Shown: piece after piece, positions 1-5,781 of the stretch
Layout of the letters: each line of letters opens with the position of its first letter
How positions within the stretch are numbered: the first letter of the stretch is position 1
From: Octopus sinensis
Lineage: Eukaryota
Direction: 5' to 3'
Length of the DNA stretch: 7,322 nucleotides
Assembly (NCBI RefSeq): GCF_006345805.1
Contig: NW_021828923.1
Coordinates: forward strand, 1 to 7,322
Notes under the pieces: model-generated
The model's database searches: none
The model's input: the letters and a program-made list of their open reading frames with translations, nothing else
Told to the model about the DNA's origin: nothing
Program-made: the position numbers and the translations under genes

Positions 1-247
1 AGAGCTTATCCCGAACGGGTAGCGTTCTCGGTAGCACTGCAAGGCCAGGGATCTCTGGAAGTTATCTATGGGCCCTGGCCCGAAAGTCGCCCGAAACAGG
101 CGGGTCAGGTATCCTCGTAGACGTCCAGGTTCGCCCTGAGCTCGTAGTCGTACTCCCCTCCACTACCCCCTGTAGAATGCTTGGGTTGTGATGGATTCAC
201 TCAGGGTCGACCCGGGACGGCAGAGTTGCCTGAGAGCAACGCGACAC

Positions 248-248
<1 letters not shown>
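1..248 (-). mobile_element. Decayed fragment of an L1/Tx1-clade non-LTR retrotransposon ORF2 (region between RT and the C-terminal Cys/His motif); continues out of the window to the left
   Basis: Minus-strand translation from 246, allowing four 1-nt deletions, gives CRVALRQLCRPGSTLSESITTQAFYRG(x)VEG(x)YDYELRANLDVYE(x)YLTRLFRATFGPGPIDNFQRSLALQCYRE(x)LPVRDKL. The FYRG..VEG and FQRSLAxxCYRxxLPVRDKL segments resemble the L1/Tx1 'W..(H/Y)..LP' block that precedes the C-terminal zinc motif. This is recognition from memory, not a search. The segment is GC-rich and contrasts sharply with the AT-rich flank. Confidence 0.6.
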
Positions 249-640
<392 letters not shown>

Positions 641-1151
641 AGTGGTAACGCCGGATATATAATCGCCATGAGACATGAAAATCTTTAAAAACACATGTCC
701 ATTTATTTCTAATACAGATTTGTTTATATAGATAGAGAACAAATTCTTGTTGATCTATGGTTAATTTCCTCAAATATTTGCCTTTAGCTTTCTTGAACAA
801 ATTATCTATGAAAACATCTTATTTCGTACAATGGTAAACCATCTGTAATGAACATCTACATTATCTGATAGAAGCTATTGATGGCGTTTTAATGAAAATA
901 TATCAATATATGTTTTCAGAACGAGGCTAGATTTTGTCATATGCAAACATGCTTAAGATACAGAGACGTTTGTTTTATGATTTGATATGTGAATGTGGTG
1001 GTGTGAGGTTCAGTGTGTGTGTGAATACTTTTTCTGCGTGTATGTGCGTAGATGTGTGTTTGTGTGTCTGCCTTTATGTACGGTGTGTGTGGATGTAATT
1101 ATCTTTGTGTCTCTGTGTGTGTAAATGCATGTGCGTATATATATTATATAT

Positions 1152-1531
1152 AGCATTATTAAATCTCTGAACGAGATGTAAACAGTAACCGCTCGACAAT
1201 GTAAGTATAATAGCCATCTCAATATGGCTGACCACAAAGAGGGGTGTTACTCTAAGCTTTTAGCCCCAGGAGATCATCGTCTCCAGCTGGCTTTAGGCAC
1301 ACTATCTGTTGCTTATGGTATTGCAAAGGGAGGCCATCCCTCTCTCATAAGCCTAAGTGATACGCACGGACCGCAGTTTCGAGGTTGTTGCCTCTTGTCA
1401 ACGGGCGGTTATCACCGGTTCACGATGAAAGGGAAAGCCTGTATGCAACTACTTAAGTGTTTTTCTAGTAACTTCCGTCACTGATTTCGAAAAACTGTCT
1501 GCAAGCATTATTAAATCTCTGAACGAGATGT
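1152..1531 (-). mobile_element. Short insertion or unit (324-bp core, 1180-1503) bounded by a perfect 28-bp direct repeat and carrying a hammerhead ribozyme motif; retrozyme-like or Penelope-associated non-autonomous element
   Basis: AGCATTATTAAATCTCTGAACGAGATGT occurs exactly at 1152-1179 and 1504-1531 (period 352 bp). The enclosed sequence is non-microsatellite, more GC-rich than its flanks and contains a hammerhead fold on the minus strand. Confidence 0.7.
1357..1415 (-). ncRNA. Type I hammerhead ribozyme motif with variant core U3-U4-G5-A6-C7-A8-A9; predicted cleavage after GUC, between 1369 and 1368
   Basis: Minus-strand RNA: GUGAUA-AC-CGCCCG-[UUGACAA]-GAGG-caacaa-CCUC-[GAAA]C-ugcg-[GUC]-CGUGCG-UAUCAC. 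Helix I: GUGAUA/UAUCAC 6 bp, AC bulge, then CGCCCG/CGUGCG 5 of 6 bp. Helix II: GAGG/CCUC with the canonical G10.1-C11.1 pair. Helix III: A-U and C-G closed by UGCG. All core positions match the consensus except the paired 3/8 change. Confidence 0.8.
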
Positions 1532-1627
1532 GGTTTCGATTCCTGGACCGGGCGTCGCGTTGTGTTCTTGTGTGAAACAGTTTATTTCGCGTTGCTCCAG
1601 TCCACTCAGCAGACAAAAATGAATAAT
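1531..1627 (+). mobile_element. tRNA-derived SINE fragment (5'-truncated; begins at the B box)
   Basis: B-box-like GTTTCGATTCC at 1533-1543, followed by GGACCGGGCGTCGCGTTGTGTTCTTG...TTTATTTCGCGTTGCTCCAGTCCACTCAGC..AAAAATGA. This matches my recollection of an abundant octopus tRNA-SINE body. No A box is visible upstream. Confidence 0.6.
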
Positions 1628-1639
1628 ACTGAGACGGAC

Positions 1640-1715
1640 GTGTGTGTGTGTGTGTGTGTGTCTATACACACACACATATATGCTTGTATGCACACATACA
1701 CATATACACACATAA
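1640..1715. repeat. (GT)11 followed by a degenerate (CA)/(CATA) tract
   Basis: Directly visible tandem units. Confidence 0.9.
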
Positions 1716-1841
1716 ATATATCATATTCATTTAATGTGTTATTCACGCACAGTGAAAACTGCATTTATGTATTTATTTAGCGAACTTTTTCGATCTCACT
1801 CTTCCTCTCTTTTTCACAGACATTCCGTAGCTCCTTCTGTT

Positions 1842-1848
<7 letters not shown>

Positions 1849-1882
<34 letters not shown>
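1849..1882. repeat. (CT)17 microsatellite
   Basis: Directly visible. Confidence 0.95.
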
Positions 1883-1885
<3 letters not shown>

Positions 1886-2160
1886 CCTTTCTCTCTTTTT
1901 CACTAATTTTCTGTTCCTGTCAGTATTTTGAATGGGCATATGTTTGTGTATCTCCGTGTGTGTGTGTGTGGTCATTTCTATATACTTTTTTTCGAATGCG
2001 TGCGCGTGTATATAAACAAAAGTGTTATTCCACATTAATCTTCAAATGAAAGCTTAACGATTCCGTTTGATGTTTTTTCAATGTGACTGGCTTATGACTT
2101 GCTTCATAAGCGATCATTTGCCGAATTAGTTACGAATAATCCCTTGACTTACAAATGGTC

Positions 2161-2222
2161 ACAAACACAAACACATATACTCACACACACACACACACAC
2201 ACACACGCGCACACACACACAC

Positions 2223-2259
<37 letters not shown>

Positions 2260-2271
2260 TGCGCACACACA
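2161..2271. repeat. (CA)n microsatellite with CG interruptions
   Basis: Directly visible; source of the poly-HT and poly-CV ORFs. Confidence 0.95.
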
Positions 2272-2329
2272 AATACTCTTGTTCGGTAATTTAACCTCGT
2301 ACACACTAATGTAAAGTGAGAGTAATATA

Positions 2330-2425
2330 CAGACACACACACACACATACATACATACACACATACACACACATACACACACATACACACACATATATAT
2401 ATGTGTGATTGTGTGTGTGTGTGTA

Positions 2426-2470
<45 letters not shown>

Positions 2471-2507
2471 ATATGTATATATATATGTGTATATATATAT
2501 ATATGTG

Positions 2508-2540
<33 letters not shown>

Positions 2541-2645
2541 ATAATTATATATATAACATATATATACGTGTATATAATATATATATATATATGTATGTAT
2601 GAGTGTGAGTGTGTGCGTGTGTGTATTCATATACTTGTGTGTATT
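2330..2645. repeat. Compound (CA/CATA)n - (TG)n - long interrupted (TA)n (~2429-2590) - (TG)-rich array
   Basis: Directly visible. Confidence 0.95.
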
Positions 2646-2662
2646 ATTTGTATACATGCATT

Positions 2663-2834
2663 AAGGCGCGAACTGGCGGAGTCGTTAGCACGCCGGAAAA
2701 AAAAATGCTTAGTGGTATTTCATCCGTCTTTACGTTCTGAGTTCTAATTCCGCTGAGATCGACAAAATAAGTATCAGTCAAGCAGTGGGGTCGATGTAAT
2801 TAACTTATTCCCTCCCTTCACACTTGCTGGTTTT
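2663..2834 (+). mobile_element. tRNA-derived SINE with an internal deletion
   Basis: A box TGGCGGAGTCG at 2674-2684 and B box AGTTCTAATTCC at 2740-2751. Positions 2759-2811 align with 4377-4429 of the second copy in this window at 43/53 identity (manual count). The head AAGGCG..GAACTGGC.GA.TCGTTAGCACGCCGG..AAATGCTTAG matches my recollection of a very abundant octopus SINE. Confidence 0.75.
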
Positions 2835-2852
2835 AATACGCACACATACTCG

Positions 2853-2877
2853 TATATATATATATATATTATGTATG

Positions 2878-2940
<63 letters not shown>
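2853..2940. repeat. (TA)n / (TG)n compound microsatellite
   Basis: Directly visible. Confidence 0.95.
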
Positions 2941-3399
2941 ATTATATTACATATCAGTTGACAGCAGTGACAGCTTGTGCATAGGTATTGCAGAACTGCA
3001 GCACCTCCTGTTTCCTCTCGATATTATCGATAACATTCAATATAATGAGTCCTTTTTTCTTTAATTCTTTCTTTATATTTGTACATTGTATAATCCTTAA
3101 GCTTAATGCCAGTAGTCATCCCCTAGTTTATGAAAAGAAGTACAAAAATCCTTGTATAGAACTGTGCGCTTCACAGTTCCAGCGATGTGATGTTTGGCTG
3201 TTGTGCGCATGCTCACATATCCGAGATAGGAAGCTGCACGCTAGGTAGGGAAAGTACTGTAGTTCACGCCGTGCCGACCCTGGTGTGCAGGTGAAAGGTA
3301 GTGTTTCTTTTTGACTCTGCGTGTGTTGTGCTTAAAAATGTGTTTATATTCTTGAATGTGATAAAGTGTAGAATTAGATTATTAACCTGCTTCCAGCTA

Positions 3400-3656
3400 C
3401 AGTGTTGCTGTCAGGATTTGAAAAATAGGGCAGATTTCCCCCCTTATTTTGTGAGTTAGGGGGGGTTTTTGAAAAACAAGGCGGAATTCGCGGCGGTGAT
3501 CAATGAACAAATTAAACACATTACTAAAACGCAAACCGATCAAGTTTATGAATGAATTTTTTTAATACTTTTCTTTCATTTTACACAATATTAAAACAAC
3601 GGCTAAAAATTTTCTGAAGCAGCGCTCCCACCAATTTTATCTACGAGCCGCCACTG
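3400..3656. mobile_element. Possible remnant of a hAT-like DNA transposon or MITE
   Basis: The right end reads ...CTACGAGCCGCCACTG (3641-3656; reverse complement CAGTGGCGGCTCGTAG), typical of CAGTGGCG-type hAT termini. The putative left end CAGTGTTGCTGTCAGGATTTG at 3400 is only weakly similar, and there is no 8-bp TSD (TCCAGCTA vs GTTAACGA). Confidence 0.3.
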
Positions 3657-4009
3657 GTTAACGAGTGACTAAATGTTTGTAGCCTCAGCATTTCTGTAGA
3701 TGGCAGCAGTGGTTTGTGTAATACACAGAAAACATATATCGGTCCTTGACAGCTTTCGTATGTGTTACTTCTTTGCTAACTATAACTCTTGCTTACATAT
3801 GACTGATTTAGAAGCGGAATAGCTGTAAGCTGAGTGGATTATTAAACCTCTTAATGAAAGCAGTGCTGTGTTCTTGTGCGTATACAGGGTCGGAAATGCC
3901 CTAGCAGATCTACAGAGATATTCCAAACGTTCCACGCTTGACCTGCTTCTAGAACAAGCTTGAACATGACATGTCAACCAATGATCCTTTATCTGCTAGA
4001 AATTATAGC

Positions 4010-4049
4010 TCGATCAGACTGATCGAACATACCTATGTTCGATCAGACT
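4010..4049. repeat. Nested inverted and direct repeat cluster
   Basis: TCGATCAG (4010-4017) / CTGATCGA (4019-4026) is a perfect 8-bp IR with a 1-nt spacer. CTGATCGAACATA (4019-4031) / TATGTTCGATCAG (4034-4046) is a perfect 13-bp IR with a 2-nt spacer. TCGATCAGACT is a direct repeat at 4010-4020 and 4039-4049. Confidence 0.9.
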
Positions 4050-4352
4050 TATCTAAAACTGGTGTTAAATATCACCAATACCTTACATGGGGAACACAAA
4101 CACAAATCCTCGCAAACCTGTCCAATAAACTGTGACATTTAATGATGTTCATGTTTCATTAGGCAGAGTTTGTGTATATGCACATGTGCATGTCTGAAAG
4201 TGTGTCTTATTAAATGCCAGGAGCTACGGTTTTCTGTCCAGGAATGGTCCCCTTAAAAACGTATAGTGTTAAAGCACAGTATGTATTTGAATGCGTGTAT
4301 GTGTATGCATGTGTGTACGTGCATATGTGTATGTGTGTGAAAGTGTGTTTGT

Positions 4353-4490
4353 ACTTTGCCGTTCATCCTTTCAGGGTCGATAAATTAAGTACCAGTTACG
4401 CACTGGAGTCGATGTAATCGACTTAATCCGTTTGTTTGTCCTTGTTTGTCCCTTCTATGTTTAACCCCTTGTGGGCAATAAAGAAATAAG
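4353..4490 (+). mobile_element. 3' half of the same tRNA-SINE family as 2663-2834
   Basis: ACTTTGCCGTTCATCCTTTCAGGGTCGATAAATTAAGTACCAGTTACGCACTGGAGTCGATGTAATCGACTTAATCC...GGCAATAAAGAAATAAG. It shares 43/53 nt with 2759-2811 and ends in an A-rich tail with AATAAA. The GCC.TTCATCCTTTC.GGGTCGATAAA block resembles the Deu/Nin-type SINE central domain (recall). Confidence 0.75.
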
Positions 4491-4584
4491 TGTGTTTGTA
4501 TGTGTGCCTTAAAGAGTTTGATAAATATAATACAAACTGAATACTATATACTCGCCCCCTATGTATTATATATATTTTGGGGAT

Positions 4585-4960
4585 GTCTTTTCTTTAAATT
4601 CCTTCGTTTCTTTTCACTTTCTTCCCTTTGTACATTTTTCTTTCTTGCTTGCTCTCAATTTTTTTTTCTGTTTTTCTTCTGACCAAAATCTGCAGAAGTT
4701 TTTCTTTTTCGTTCTGCTTATTGAAAATTCCTCACCGTTTTTCTCATCTGGTTCCAATAGATGGGGAAACAAGTGGAATTTCTCTCATTCTAACAAAATA
4801 AACGTAAAGAAACAAAAAGGGAAATATAAAGACAGAAAGAAAGAAAGAAAGCAAGAAAGAAGGAAAGCAAGTTAGAAAGAAAGGAAGAACGAAAGAGACA
4901 TCATTCACAGCACCAGAAGAAAAGAAAATGTAAGGCATGGATTGCAGTGGGGAATATGAT
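4585..4960. repeat. Low-complexity T/C-rich tract (~4585-4760) followed by an A/G-rich tract (~4790-4960), including (GAAA)n
   Basis: Base composition is visible; (AAAG)n around 4835-4880. Confidence 0.75.
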
Positions 4961-5212
4961 AAAACAAAGAGAAATGTCAGAGAAATACAATGATTCTGAA
5001 GAATGTGGCGAAAGGAACTGAAACAACGAAGAGTATAAGGATACATGAAACAAAATTAAAAATATTCCGAAGAATTCCATAGAGTCTCTTGGTTTCTATT
5101 GGTAAAATAAAGCAAAATAGTCTAAAACAATCGGTTTGTCATATAACTAGAAGATAGAAGTTATGACATGCGCATAACGCCCGTATGGACACAAAATACA
5201 CACACACTTAGA

Positions 5213-5268
5213 CACATACATACATACAAACGCACATACACACATACATACATACATACATACATACA

Positions 5269-5302
<34 letters not shown>

Positions 5303-5316
5303 CATACATACATACA
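5213..5316. repeat. (TACA)n microsatellite
   Basis: Directly visible; ends exactly where RTE coding homology starts. Confidence 0.95.
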
Positions 5317-5781
5317 GAGGAGCCTCGTCAGCATGGTGTTGGCTTTGCCGTGAGAAACTCATTACTCTCCTCAATAGAACCACCACCAGGAAGCACTGAG
5401 CGTATCCTCTCTCTGCGCTTCTTAAGCTCTTATGGCCCAGTACATCTACTGAGTATCTATGCTCCACTGTCTACAGCTCAGAAGATACTAAGGACCAGTT
5501 CTACAAAGATCTGAACTGTGTCATTAGAAACATATCAACCAACGAAAACATCTATCTTCTAGGAGATTTTAACGCTCGTGTGGGATCTGGTCATGACCCG
5601 TGGTTCATTTCTGTCGGACATTTTGGCATTGGCAATATGAATGACACTGGTCAGAGACTGTGCATCACCAACACATTCTTTGCCAATAAGCCATCCCACA
5701 AGGCATCTTTGAGACATCCAAGATTTCACCACTGACATCAGTTGGATCTTGTCATCAGACGAAGATCCTTTCTGAATTCTG
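5317..5781 (+). pseudogene. Partial AP-endonuclease domain of the RTE ORF (frameshift ~5467-5472, stop 5733-5735, catalytic TDH/SDH region missing)
   Basis: Frame 1 EEPRQHGVGFAVRNSLLSSIEPPPGSTERILSLRFLSSYGPVHLLSIYAP shifts to frame 3 YSSEDTKDQFYKDLNCVIRNISTNENIYLLGDFNARVG...QRL|CITNTFF...HPRFHH*HQLDLVIRRRSFLNS. Confidence 0.85.

Noticed and set aside
70-112. GAAAC...GGTC resembling a hammerhead half in the first 120 bp
   Set aside because: No CUGANGA or variant and no helix II upstream; the sequence is explained as antisense LINE coding sequence.
1224-1484. 86-aa plus-strand ORF inside the direct-repeat insert
   Set aside because: No recognisable domain (no GIY-YIG or RT). It is antisense to the hammerhead, and an 86-codon frame is expected by chance in a more GC-rich patch.
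1511-2747. Numerous ORFs rich in CV, HT, YI, SL or ER dipeptides
   Set aside because: Translations of dinucleotide microsatellites.
3952-3976. p53-family-like half sites GAACAAGCTT / GAACATGACA and palindrome TGACATGTCA
   Set aside because: One perfect half-site is expected by chance in 7 kb and the second has two mismatches; there is no supporting context.
4930-5090. Short frame ILKNVAKGTETTKSIRIHETKLKIFRRIP faintly like an RTE C-terminal segment
   Set aside because: Similarity is limited to a few residues in purine-rich low-complexity sequence and no diagnostic motif is present.
5213-5330. HDV-like ribozyme expected at RTE 5' ends
   Set aside because: This copy is truncated within the endonuclease domain; no 5' UTR is present and no nested double pseudoknot is visible.
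5322-5331. CTGACGAGG on the minus strand (hammerhead core-like); also CTGATGA near 5752-5758
   Set aside because: Both lie inside RTE coding sequence and lack a compatible helix II, GAAA and helix III arrangement.
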